Of a DNA stretch of 64,000 nt, positions 1-12,682 are shown piece after piece; positions within the stretch are counted from its first letter, which is position 1; the number at the start of each line of letters is the position of its first letter. The notes beneath the pieces were generated by a model. The model was not told the origin of the DNA, did not search any database, and saw only the letters and a list, made by a program, of their open reading frames with translations. Source of the stretch: Octopus sinensis (Eukaryota); the NCBI RefSeq assembly GCF_006345805.1, contig NC_043008.1, positions 54,002,001 to 54,066,000 of the forward strand, read 5' to 3'. The position numbers and the translations under genes were made by a program.

Positions 1-466
1 ATCAACGTCCTTTATGAACAAACACCTTCTTTCCTATTTAACCTCTTTATGTATATATAAGCACAATAATTTTATCCTCAACTCGTATTACAGTTTTCAA
101 TTTTCTAAAGCATTCATTTGAATAAACAGATCTTAAGAAAACGTTATTAGCGTCACAAATTATATTACTTTGAGAAAACTGTTTTATGAATGCTGGCTTA
201 GTATGGTTTAGTATGATTTTTGTTTTTGTGTTTTTCGGGGTTTTTTCCAATCGTTTTTCTCATGAAATACTGACTTAACTATTATCGTTATTTGAAGGTC
301 AAACAGAAATTTATAAAATATTCATAGCCAATCATAATTTTAATTATTGGAAAATGCAATAATAAAATAATAATTATTCGAAGCGCGAAATTAGCGAATA
401 ATTAAACAAAATCTTATTTGTTTTAGAAACATGGCAACTAATGGCTTTCATTACTACTCGATAGTG

Positions 467-917
467 GGGCGGAGAGCAGGCAGAATCATTTGCATGCGGG
501 GCATAATGCTTAGCAGCATTTGATCCCTCGTTACGTTCTGAGTTCAAATTCCGCCGAGGTTGATTTTACCTTTCAAACTTTCGCGGTCGATAAACTAAAT
601 ACCAGTTGAACACTGTGGTCCTTCTAATTGACTTATCACTTCCCGAACTTGCTGGCCTTGAGCCAAAATTTGAAACTATTATTACAAGACTATAATATTG
701 CATCTTAGTGGTAGTATTATTAGAGCGTCAGTGAAAAATTCTTAGTGTCATTTCTTCCGGCTCTTTGCGTTCTCAGGTCAAATTCTGATGAGGCAGAGTT
801 TGCCTTTCATTCTATCTGGATCGATAAAATAAGTACTAAAGAAGTACTAGGATTGATGTAATCGATCTGCTCCTCCCGTCATAATTGCTGGCCCTGTGCC
901 AAAATTAGAAAGAATCA
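467..917 (+). mobile_element. Two degenerate tandem copies of the S1 tRNA-headed SINE (working name for the GGCGGCGAGCTGGCAGAA-headed family)
   Basis: Head-like GGGCGGAGAGCAGGCAGAATC, B-box GAGTTCAAATTCC, core CCTTTCA..GGTCGATAAA..AAATACCAGTT and tail GCCAAAATTTGAAAC. A second diverged copy follows at about 715-917. Confidence 0.75.
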
Positions 918-950
918 TGACTGGAATATAACAGTGCAGAAAAAGAAAGA

Positions 951-1331
951 AGCACTCCGTCGGTTACGACGACGAGGGTTCCGGTTGATCCGAATCAACG
1001 GAACAGCCTGCTCGTGAAATTAACGTGTAAGTGGCTGAGCACTCCACAGACACGTGTACCATTAACGTAGTTCTCGGGGATATTCAGCGTGACACAGAGA
1101 GTGACAAGGCCGGCCCTTTGAAATACAGGTACAACAGAAACAGGAAGTAAGAGTGAGAGAAAGTTGTGGTGAAAGAGTACAGCAGGGATCACCACCATCC
1201 CCTGCCGGAGCCTCGTGGAACTTTTAGGTGTTTTCGCTCAATAAACACTCACAACGCCCGGTCTGGGAATCGAAACCGCGATCCTATGACCACGAGTCCG
1301 CTGCCCTAACCACTGGGCCATTGCGCCTCCA
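951..1331 (-). mobile_element. Full-length S2 tRNA-derived SINE (GGAGGCGCAATGGCCCAGTGGTTAGGGCAGCGGACTCG head)
   Basis: The reverse strand has A box TGGCCCAGTGG and B box GGTTTCGATTCC. Body is near-identical to 37707-38078. Flanked by an ATAACA(G/C)TGCA duplication. Confidence 0.9.
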
Positions 1332-1830
1332 CATAACACTGCAAGGAATTAACGAAATCGTTGGAGCGTCAGACGAAATGTTTCCCGGTAATTTGTTTCT
1401 GCTCTTCACGTTCTGGGCTCAAATATTCCCGATGTCAGCTTTGCCTTTCAATCCTTCCAGGGTCAATGAAATTACTAGACAAGTCCTACCGAAATTATTG
1501 TTGATTAACTCTCTCTCCTAAACTTCAGGCTTTGTGTCTATGTTATAAAGCAATCACAGACAAAGTGAACATTTACTTGAATTTTCTGTTTTCGTAGAAT
1601 AGTCTGCCTGATGATGAGCCAGGTCTCATGCAACCCATTTCTCGAAAAGAGCTGCCCATGTTTATAATGGATTATTCGAAGAATTTCGATCCCTTGAAAT
1701 GGAAAAACAATGTGATTGTCAACAAGGTTTTGTTTTCTTTTGTTTTGTATATTTTATGATAAAATATGAAACCAACCCTCTGAGTAATTAAGTCGGTGAT
1801 CTGTCAGAATCGTTAGCACGCTGGGTAGAA

Positions 1831-2246
1831 TACTCTTATCTACTCAAGGCGCAAGGCCCGAAATTTTGGAGAGGAGACCAGTCAATTAAATTTACCCCAG
1901 TACGCAACTGGTACTTCATTTATCGACCCCGAAAGGCAAAGTCGACCTCGGCGGAATTTGAACTCAGAACGTAAAGACAGTCGAAATACCGCTAAGCATT
2001 TCGCCCGGCGTGCTAACGTTTCTTATTTCTTTACTGCCCATAAGGGGCTACACACAGAGGGGACAAACAAGGACAGACAAACGGATTAAGTCGATTATAT
2101 TAAATATTGGTATTTATTTAATCGACCCCGAAAAGATGAAAGGCAAAGTCGACCACGGTGGAATTTGAACTCAGAACGTAGCGGCAGACGAAATACCGCT
2201 AAGCATTTCGCCCGGCATGCTAACGTTTCTGCCAGCTCGCCGCCTT
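1831..2246 (-). mobile_element. S1 SINE dimer: full A-tail copy followed by a head-less B-tail copy
   Basis: Reverse strand: AAGGCGGCGAGCTGGCAG...GTGGGCAGTAAAGAAATA, joined at 2023/2024 to AGAAACGTTAGCACGCCGGG...CCTTGAGTAGATAAGAG. Confidence 0.88.
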
Positions 2247-2249
2247 ATG

Positions 2250-2945
2250 CGGAGTAAAACACTAAACGGCATTTTATCTGTCTTTACGTTCTGAGTTAAA
2301 ATTCCTCTGAGCTTGACTTTGCCTTTCACCCTTTAAGAGTTGATAAAATAAGTACCAGTTGATCACTGAGGTCGATGTAATCGATTCATCCTCCCCGTCC
2401 CCGAATTAGCTGGCATTGTGCCAAAATTTGAAATCAGTATTCTGAGTAATTCTCCTGGAAATATTGTAGATGTTGTAGTTATTGTTGGTGTTTTTTTTTA
2501 ATCCAGTCATGCCGGATCCTGAACATCTATGATCAAAATCATTCCAGCCATGACCATGCCATCTTTTGAGATACATTATATTTGTAACTGTATAAGCTAA
2601 TATGTAAGTCCTTCTTTTATTTAAGATAGTAAAGTTGCAATTTGAATGATATTCAGCTTCTATTTCTACTAGGTTGGAGCCACCTCATTCGCTCCTTATA
2701 AGTACGTTTTATCTTCTCTCCCTGCACAATAATGATTTTATTAAGTGTGCCTTTTATGCAAAATGATCAAGGCAGCGAGCTGGCAGAATCGTTAGCATGC
2801 CGGGCTTCATGTTCCGCCGAGGCCGACTTTAACTTTCATCCTTTTGGGGTCGATAAAATAAGTACCGGTTGAGCACTGTGGTCGATATAACCGATTTACC
2901 CACTCCCCCAAAGTTGCTGGCCTTGTACCAAAAATTGAAACCATT
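2250..2945 (+). mobile_element. Two further S1 SINE copies (about 2250-2435 and 2768-2945)
   Basis: GTTCTGAGTT(C/A)AAATT, CCTTTCA(T)CC..GATAAAATAAGTACC core and GTGCC/GTACCAAAA..TGAAA tail. Confidence 0.75.
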
Positions 2946-4070
2946 ATTTGACAATAACTACTGGTTAATGGAATAGCAGTATTACTACTTCTAGTTTCAG
3001 CGCCGGCTGCTTGTCAGTTCCAGAATTCTCTGTCAATAACCCTCAACTCCGCAAATTATGTAAAAAGCAAGAGTAAAAGCAAATAAGCATTTCTTGGTTT
3101 TGTGAATATATGTATTGCACATTCGAAGAATTGTCTGCTTAGCGAAAAATAAGATGAAACAACGCTACGATTAACAAACTTTAATTATTAATTTGTGACA
3201 TCTTTATTACATTGATTGCGACTGTATTCTCATCAGCAATAAAGTTAAACTGTACTTGCCTCATAGGTTTCACTGTCTATATGTCAGAGATAATTTAGAA
3301 AAAATGTTTCTTTGCTTCAATTGTAAATATCATTTACAGAAAATTCTGATTAAATTAATAGCAGCTAATGTAATGTTGATTCTTCAGTGGAGATTTGACA
3401 TAGCCAGAAGTTTACAATAATTTATTTTATAGTCATACACGTAAAAAAAAATTGAATTGTCAATTTGGGAAAGAGTAATTATGTAATTTTAAGTTACAAT
3501 AATTTATACAAAATACATGAAAGAGTTTAGCATTTCACAACCAAAAAAATAAATTGAAAGAATCAAACGTAATGAGCATTTGTTAAACATACATACCTGT
3601 CAAGTTATAATACAAATATGGTTTGAAGCAAGCGAGAAACAGTATTAAATTACGTTACTCATCAAATAACAAGTGCAGAAATTATATTGAGGAAAACAAA
3701 TTGAGTTTATGGTGTTAGCAGAATGAAAATGAAGTCGTGTCAAATTGGATCAAAGATAGTAGAGTGAGTTTCTGTTAAGAATGGGTTGTATGACGGTCTT
3801 TAGTGCGCAGTCTGAGAATAGGCGCAATATCAGTGACGAGATAGAAAGATGAGCAAAATGTCTTTTTCAGTGGAGGTTGTATGTAACCAACCAGTTTATA
3901 AGATGAAAGGAACAGAAATAGAATCAAGCGACAGACAGCGCGTTTGTGGTACAGACGTTGTATTGTATTGGTGAGGTAGACTTGGCAAATCTGTTTTGAG
4001 ACCTTCCTTTAGATAAGGTGCGCTGTAAAATATGTACACTGTGTGTATGAGTATGTGTGTGTGTGTGTGT

Positions 4071-4113
<43 letters not shown>

Positions 4114-4472
4114 GAGAGAGGGGGGACAACATCACTGTCCAATATACTGAACCACTACTTCATTGTAGGTCTCATTTGTGGAGGGGCAGACCCTGATGAA
4201 AAGTGAATTGTTGTCAGTCAGGCTGAAGAGATAGCTTAGTCCTTCGTTTTGCACTTTTAGCTGTTACATAAGTGTGCCTGCTAGGGAAAGATTATCAGAG
4301 ATAGTGAAGCGCAACAGTAATAAATATTTTGTGGGTTTTCATTTGCATGTTTATTCAGAAGTAAAAAGTAATAAGTCACGAGTAACGAACAGTAATCTCT
4401 ATGTAGTGTTGACAGAAACAAATTTGTACGAGGCTTAGAAATTTGCAATCTTAAGCCGGAAATCCAATTTCT

Positions 4473-4569
4473 TCAACAACAACAACAACAACACCAACAA
4501 TGACAACAACAACAACACCAACAACAATAAAAATAATAATAATAATAATAATATAATAATAATAATAAT

Positions 4570-4615
<46 letters not shown>

Positions 4616-4660
4616 TGATGATAATAAAATAATGATGATAATAATAATAATAACAATAAC

Positions 4661-4698
<38 letters not shown>

Positions 4699-4723
4699 TA
4701 ATATAATGATAATAATAATAATG

Positions 4724-4766
<43 letters not shown>

Positions 4767-4768
4767 TA

Positions 4769-4804
<36 letters not shown>

Positions 4805-4806
4805 TG

Positions 4807-4837
<31 letters not shown>

Positions 4838-4962
4838 TAATAATAATAATAATATAATAATAATAATGATAATAATAATAATAATGATGATGATAATAAT
4901 AATAATAATAATAATAATAATCATAATGATAATGATAATATAATAATAATAATAACAATAAC

Positions 4963-5003
<41 letters not shown>

Positions 5004-5023
5004 TAATAATAATAATAATGATG

Positions 5024-5081
<58 letters not shown>
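4473..5081. repeat. Long compound (AAC)n/(AAT)n/(GAT)n microsatellite, the 5' flank of the R4/Dong element
   Basis: Directly visible, about 600 bp, mostly AAT with 1-bp slips. Confidence 0.98.
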
Positions 5082-5082
<1 letters not shown>

Positions 5083-7564
5083 CCCAAAAAGTTCTACCAA
5101 GAACTGGGCAAAAATAAAATAGAAGTCACTGCAGCACCAACGGCAGAAGAATTGGAAGAATTCTGGAGAGAGATATGGTCGGCGAACGAACCACCAAAAA
5201 AAAGGAGTATCAAAATTACAAACTCGGCATCTGAACAACTTTGGACCCCCATAACACATGAAGAGGTCATCCAGGCACTGCAAAGACTAAGCAACTGGAA
5301 GGCACCTGGGCATGACAAGATCCCCAACTTCTGGTTGAATATCTAACAGGAATGCACAAAAAGCTGGCTGAAAACTTTAACAACGTACTAGCAGAGCCAG
5401 AGACAATGCCTGAATGGCTCACGAAGGGGAAAACAATCTTAATTCCCAAATCAAATGAAACAGAAAAACCAGAAAACTACAGACCAATAACCTGCCTCCC
5501 TACTATGTTCAAGGCATTTACTGCAGTGATATCACAAAGGCTGAACAAGCACCTGGACGAAAACAAATTGTTCCCAGAAGAGCAGAAAGGATGCCGCAAA
5601 GGCTCATATGGCTGTAAAGATCAACTAATGATTAATAAAGCCATAACTGAAGACAGCCACAGAAAGAGGAAATGCCTCAGTATGGCCTGGATTGACTACA
5701 AAAAGGCGTTTGATAGCATCCCCCACACATGGATCCTCGAAACACTAGCCATTAACAAAGTAGCACCAACAATCATAAAATTCATAGAGCACTCTATGAA
5801 TAAATGGCAAACAGCCTCCTACACCTCAAACAAAAGAGGGACTCATGAAAACCAAAGACATCCCCATTAGAAGAGGAATATTCCAGGGGACACGCTCTCT
5901 CCACTCCTTTTCTGCTTGGCACTGTCACCTCTATCTGATATGCTAAATAGAACTGGATGCGGATATAAATGTTACGGCAAAACGATCAGCCACCTTTTAT
6001 ATATGGATGACCTAAAACTATACGCTGCAAATGACAAACAGCTGGAAACACTATTAAAGACAGTTCATGGATTTACCAAAGAAATAGATATGAAATTTGG
6101 ATTAGAAAAATGCGCCAAAGTAACCATGAAAAGAGGAAAACTAGTTAAGAGTAACAACATCACACTAGATGAAGCAAATGAAAATAGAGAATTAGACCAA
6201 AGCCAAACTTACAAATACTTAGGAATCCATGAACTAGATAAGACACACACACACAAATGAAAGAGAAATAAAAAAAGAATATATAGACGAGTTAGATCAA
6301 TACTAAACACAGAGCTCAATGCTAAAAACAAGATAATAGGTATCAACACTTTAGCTGTCCCAGTTATAAGTTACAGCTACAATATCCTTAACTGGACACG
6401 AAATGAACTGACCAAAATAGACAGGAGAACAAGAAAAATAATGACAGGATCTAGGATGCATCACCCAAAATCTGACATAGAAAGACTATATATACAACGT
6501 ATAGAAGGTGGTAGAGGCCTTATACAGCTGGAAAACTACTATAAAATAACCACCATAGGACTGCAAAAATATCTACTTCAGAAGGAAGGAAGACTGATCC
6601 AGATAGCGGCAAAACACGAGCAAAACAAAAAACTGTTCTCAGTATTTAAGGAAGCTGACAAATACAAACAAGAAATCATACCACCTAATAAACATGAAGA
6701 AGAAGAAGAAGAAAAAGAAGATGAAGAAACAACAAAAGCTATAAAAAAAATGAAATCCAAACTAAAAATAGAACAGCAACGAACCATGATAAAACGATGG
6801 CAAGAAAAGCCCCTTCATGGTAAATACTGGACTAAACTAAACGCAAAAGAAATAGACAAAGAAAAATCCCAGCAATGGTTGAGAAGCTCAGGACTCAAAG
6901 CAGAAACAGAGGGATTTTTAATTGCAGCACAAGAACCAAAGCCTCCCCACCAGAAATTACCAAAAACATGTAATGAAAAGAAATATTACAAGTAACTGCA
7001 GAATATGTGGAGACGGACAAGAAACAATAAATCATATTATCTCTAGCTGCCCAGTCTTGGCTAAGAAGGAATATATTCCAAGACATGACAGAGTTGGAAC
7101 CTACATACATTGGAAGCTATGCCAACATTATGGAATAACAACAGAAAAAAGATGGTATAGGCACACCAGAAAAGGTCACCGAAAACGAGAAAGCAACCAT
7201 ACTCTGGGATATGCCGATACACACAGATAGAGAAATTAAGGCCAACAGACCAGATATAGTTGTCAGAGACCATGAAGAAATAAAATGCTTTCTAATTGAT
7301 GTATCAGTACCGGCAGATGACAACGTGTCTCTAAAAGAAATGGAGAAACTCTCAAAATACAAAGACCTGGAAATAGAGGTAACTAGAATGTGGAATCTGA
7401 AAACAGAAACAATTCCTATCATAGTAGGTGCATTAGGCATGATAAAAAAATATTCAGACAAATACATAACAAAAACACCAGGACTTACAAACACATATAA
7501 CATACAGAAAATTGCACTACTAGGCACTGCCCACATCCTACGCAGAACACTTTCCATACAATAA
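5082..7564 (+). pseudogene. Frameshifted RT-RLE ORF of the R4/Dong element
   Basis: ORF-track pieces 5152-5346, 5352-5870, 5916-6260, 6441-6995, 6922-7230 and 7211-7564 join into one colinear protein via small indels. Stop TAA ends at 7564. Confidence 0.9.
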
Positions 7565-7663
7565 CCATCAGAGCATCACAACAAATCACAGCACATATCC
7601 AAGGCACACAGAGCTGTGCTCGGTAGTGAAGTGAAAGCACGCTATATAAAAGTGGAACTACTG
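5082..7663 (+). mobile_element. 5'-truncated R4/Dong-clade non-LTR retrotransposon (RT + CCHC knuckle + restriction-like endonuclease) inserted in (AAT)n
   Basis: RT motifs WKAPGHDKIPNFW, NYRPITCLP, EEQKGCRKG, WIDYKKAFDSIPH, RRGIFQG(D)TLSPLLF, HLLYMDDLKLYA, FGLEKC. Knuckle CRICGDGQETINHIISSC, then RHDRVG, NRPDIVV, LIDVSVP, KEMEKLSKYKDL (PD..D..K type endonuclease). About 100-bp 3' UTR, then (AAT)n. Confidence 0.93.
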
Positions 7664-7700
7664 AATAATAATAATAATAACAATAACAATAATAATAATG

Positions 7701-7782
<82 letters not shown>

Positions 7783-7786
7783 TAAT
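7664..7786. repeat. (AAT)n microsatellite, the 3' flank of the R4/Dong element
   Basis: Directly visible. Confidence 0.98.
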
Positions 7787-8784
7787 TCAAAGCATGAAGT
7801 ATCGACAATGTTTCGTTAAATCTCTTTTATCTACCGAGGTAGAATATATAAAGAGTATCAACCAACTCACCAATCGTTAAGATATTATTGTTTACCAGAT
7901 AACGAGCAACATAAGAGAAACTCACTGTGTATGGCTGGCATACTAATACCTTTTTTCTTTACTATGATCAATCAGTTAGTTAGTCAGCCATTTTCAGATG
8001 ATATGTTCCATGCAGTTATTGAAAGCTGTCCATTTCATTTACTGTTTGGATTTCAAATCAACTTTTTATTGTAAGGCTTTATACCTCAACAAAGGAAACG
8101 CTTTTGTAGAGAATTACATTATACTTTCTCAGTGCCAGCAAAACTTTATTCATTCGTTTCTTATTTATTCAAATACTTGTTTTATGTGTTAACCACTATG
8201 CTGCAAACAAGTGATGTTCCCTGGTCATTGTGACATGAATAACTAGTCGTGCTGTAACGTTATCTCATGTGATTTTACATCGAGACGATACATCAAACCA
8301 GAGTCCTTATATTAAAGTGGCTAACGTTCAGATTACAAAGACCAGCATTAGAAGAGATATTTCATCATATACATACAATGTATGCTTATCACTGTATGAT
8401 GTAGTGAAGGCATAGGGATAATCATATAGTGTAGCAGCAACACCAGGCTCGACCATTCATATTTGGATGCTTATCAAAAGAGATAAATATGACCGTAAAT
8501 ATATTTGTTAACATACGAAAGGAAGTACCTATTTTTGTTTCTTTTTTTTTTCGCCACAAGTAGTTTGTAATAACTATGACTAATAAAAAAGCAATTTTTT
8601 TCTTCTCATACGAAAATGCGTGTCCCAATAACATTAGTAATAACCAGGGATGTTGTATCGATCATTTCTACGCCAAGCGCATCTCTATTATTACGGACGT
8701 GAGCTGGCTTCAGCTCTACGTTGAAACAATCAGTGTTTAGTAATGCAAAAGCTTACTCTTGTCATACTATGGGCGTAACGAGTG

Positions 8785-9320
<536 letters not shown>

Positions 9321-10100
9321 AGGTGGTGAGCAGGTAGAACTGTTAGCACACCGGACAAAATGCTTAGTGACATTTCGTCTCGGCCTTGCTATTTCTTCCT
9401 CTCTTGATCGATAAGTAGCAGTCAAGCACTGGGGTCGTGGTAATCGATTTCTCCCATCTCTAAAAACGTCCTGGCCCTGTGCCAAAATTTGAGACTATTT
9501 AAGGAAGTGAGATGACGCCGAACAAAAAGCTTAGTGAATTTTCGTCCGTCGTCTTTACGTTGTGTGTTAAAATTCCGTTTTGCTTTTACCCTTTCAATGT
9601 CGAAGAAATAAATACCAGTCAAGCACTGGGGATCGGTGTAATCGATTTGCGCCTTCCAACAAATTTCGAGCCGAGTTCCTACAACAGGAAGGATTATTAA
9701 GGCAGCCAACTGGCAGAATCGTTAACGCGTCAGAAAAATTGCTTAGTGGTATTTCTTCTGACTCTTTACGTTCTGATTTCAAATGCCACCTTGGTCAACT
9801 ATGCTTTTCATCCTTTGGGGTCGATAAAATCATATAAAGTACTGTTGGGGTCGAAGTAATCCATTAGCCCCATCCCTCCCAAATTGCTGGCCCTGTATCA
9901 ACGATCTAGTGACCTGGCAGAATCCCTAGAGGCATAGGAAAAATGTTTAGCTGTAATTGTTCCGTCTGTTGACGTTGTGAGTTGAATTCTCACCGGGTTC
10001 GACTTAACCTCTCGTCCTTCTGGTGTCAGTAAAATGAAACACCAGTTAATTTGACTAATCTTCTCCCCTCATGAATGCTGGTTGATCTTGTTCCTAAATA
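9321..10100 (+). mobile_element. Head-to-tail cluster of four diverged S1 SINE copies
   Basis: Repeated G(G/C)(C/T)AGAA(T/C)(C/T)GTTA heads and GGTCGATAAAA/AAGTA(C/G)CAGTC cores near 9321, 9505, 9700 and 9908. Confidence 0.75.
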
Positions 10101-10409
10101 AGATGTTATTATTGTTGACGATCATTTCAAACACACTGGACGATTTTACAAACCAATGTTGTTGCTCTTCTACTATATATTCGTGCTTAACTCCAGGTCA
10201 ACCTTTATCAAGAAGACATACGATGGAAGACCTTTCACCCGCGAACAAATTTGATGGATAAATTCATGGTATTAAGAAGCTGTTACCGTGTAGTTCGATA
10301 AAGATTTGACTGCAAATAGCGCTAAAGCATTCTCTTCCACCCTAAAACTTATCTGTTTCTCTCTTTATATCTTTGTGCGTGTGTGTGTGTGTGTCTATTT
10401 GTCTGTTGT

Positions 10410-10568
10410 GAAAACATGTGGTTTAATGGTTAGGATATTTGGCTCACGATCATAAGTTTGTGAGTTCAATACCCAGCGGCACATTGTGTCCTTGGGCAAG
10501 ACAATTTATTTCCCGTTACTCCACTCCACTCAGTTGGTAAAAATGAGCCGTACCTGTAATTCAAAAGG
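10410..10568 (+). mobile_element. S4 tRNA-headed SINE with a Meta/V-like core (TGTGTCCTTGGGCAAGACA...CTCCACTCCACTCAGTTGGTAAAAATGAG)
   Basis: A-box-like TGGTTTAATGG, B-box GAGTTCAATACC, and the conserved core also seen at 31275 and 43400. Confidence 0.7.
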
Positions 10569-10609
10569 TATCTCCAGGCTGAAAAAGCTATAGATAATAA
10601 CGTGTAAAT

Positions 10610-10826
10610 ATCCTTTTCTACTCTAGGCACAAGACTCGAAATTTTCGGGGAGGAGGCCAGTCGATTAGATCGACCCCCAGTGCGCAACTGGTACTTAATT
10701 TATCGACCCCGAAAGGATGAAAGGAAAAGTCGACCTCGGTGAAATTTGAACTCAGAACATAAAGACAGACGAAATACCGTTAGTTATTTCGCCCGGTGTG
10801 CTAACGTTTCTGCTAGCTCGCCGCCT
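10610..10826 (-). mobile_element. Full-length S1 SINE (B tail) with a 15-bp TSD
   Basis: TAATAACGTGTAAAT (10595-10609) vs TAATAATGTATAAAT (10827-10841), 2 mismatches. Confidence 0.9.
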
Positions 10827-12296
10827 TAATAATGTATAAATTTTGAGTGAAGAACCTATTCAGGGTTCTTTTTATGACGTCAACAAAATTATACGTATGT
10901 ATGAATGTAGGATGTCAACAACATTATACGCATATAATTTTATATTATCTATTTAGTTATTGAATATCGCAATTCATGAGCAACCACGTTGATGGTTACT
11001 TATGTTCAAGAATCCAAGCACCTCTATGGAATCTAGAACCATTTGGCTACAAAGTGAACCTCTAAACCACAGGACCAATTTGGCGTACATCGTGTAGACT
11101 ACACTCCATCGGCGGTACATCTGCACCTTGAAATTCAGAAATTTAGAGTCGAAGGAAGTTACAAACGCACCCAAGGTACCAGTCAGTGGTGTTACAATAG
11201 GTGAATGATTAGGTCTATCAGACAAGGAGGCTACTACAAGATTTGAATTCAGAACGCAGAGTCGGAGCTGTCCTAATCTGATAATTATATCCTAACACGC
11301 TCGGAAATTTCAGCTGCAATCTCATGCTTGAAGACACCCGGGAAACATCAGTATCGGTCGATTAAGTAGACTTTTGTATATACTTTCATTTATTTTATCG
11401 ACCTCGTGTGAGGTCGATAAAAGATAGTGTTGACATGGGTGGGATTCGATCACAGAACTTAAAGGGGTGAGACAAACACAGTAACATATTTTATCCGACG
11501 CTCTAATGATTTTACCAATCTCCTAGCTTGCTGTAACATAAAATACTTAATGTAAAATAGTTAATAGCGCTAGAGATTATTGACTAATCCATCGTCTTGT
11601 TCGATGTGAATATTGATTTGTATGATTGCTATCTCTATATCTTCCAACACTGTTGTTGCCATGGTTATCTACTCCGCTTTAGCTCCAAGTTAAGAGATTT
11701 CTATTTACTGCTCAAAATGACGCACCGCTTGTAAATGCAAAGAGCCTTGTTTGTTGTCGCAGCAAGCACAACCTTTACAATTACTGTCATTACATTATTA
11801 AACCATGCGCACTTACAGATATCTGCAATAAGTTATCCTACTCTCTCATTCGCGAATCAATGACGGAGCTCTTCGTTTGGTGGATCGACCAGCAAGAAAT
11901 AGCAGCTAAACATCTTACTTTCTTAAAAAAGAAATATACATTGAACGATGTAGAATTAGACACGACTGGAAAGACTTTAATCAATTTCTGCTCTATCAGC
12001 GATAACCGGAGTTTAAACGATACAGACAACACTATCCCTTTCTCTCTGTCTCAGTCTAAGCATAAGACACCATACGCTTAAATAAATTAGTAAAGTCAAT
12101 AATTTCATTAGTTTTAAATATTGTGTTGTGATTCTCATCAGCAGACTTGAATCTGTGTCAGTTCACAGTATACACACATATTTTTGGGTTGGTACATTGC
12201 AATTAAAATAGGTCAACCGCACAGGTTACGTTTACTGCTAATGTATGTCAAAATATTTGCCTCGATGTATCTCTAAGATACTTGGCTCGAAGTATA

Positions 12297-12682
12297 CTCT
12301 TTTACTCTCTCTCTCTGTTTTACCTGTTTCAGTCATTTGACTGTGGCCATGCTGGAGCAAGTCGACCCCAGGACTTATTCTTTGTAAGCCTAGTACTTAT
12401 TCTATCAGTCTCTTGTGCTTGCATCCCCGTAACTTAGCAGTCTAAGTTACGGGGATGCAAGCACACCAGCATCGGTTATCAAGCAATGTTTGGGGGTACA
12501 AACACAGACAGACAAACGTATACACACACATACACATATATATATATACATATATACGACGGGCTTCTTTCAGTTTCTGTCTACCAAATCCACTCACAAG
12601 GCTTTGGTCCGCCCGAGGCTATAGAAGAATACACTTGCCCAAGGTGCCACGCAGTGGGACGGAACCCGGAACCATCTGGTGG
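12297..12682 (-). mobile_element. S3 SINE (GTGGCTGTGTGGTAAG-type head, internal AT/GT microsatellite, CAGTCAAATGACTGAAACAAG tail) containing a foldback
   Basis: Same family as 16807, 39643 and 47327, on the reverse strand. Confidence 0.85.

Noticed and set aside
47-250. 67-aa minus-strand ORF
   Set aside because: No recognisable motif or splice signals; its length is within chance expectation.
1601-1655. Hammerhead-like CTGATGA-T-GAG...CTC-GAAA
   Set aside because: There is no NUH triplet or convincing stem I after GAAA; it may be a relic but is not supportable.
4435-5087. Long ORFs of poly-I/L/Y (and similar ORFs at 8977-9414, 25612-26383, 31908-32477, 49871-50266, 53338-54273, 55229-55886, 56298-56884, 59180-59525)
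   Set aside because: They are translations of stop-free microsatellite frames.
11860-12081. 73-aa ORF as a host exon
   Set aside because: Its first half overlaps an AGAAATAGCAGC-type interspersed repeat motif also seen near 17840, 46450 and 50650, and no splice sites support it.
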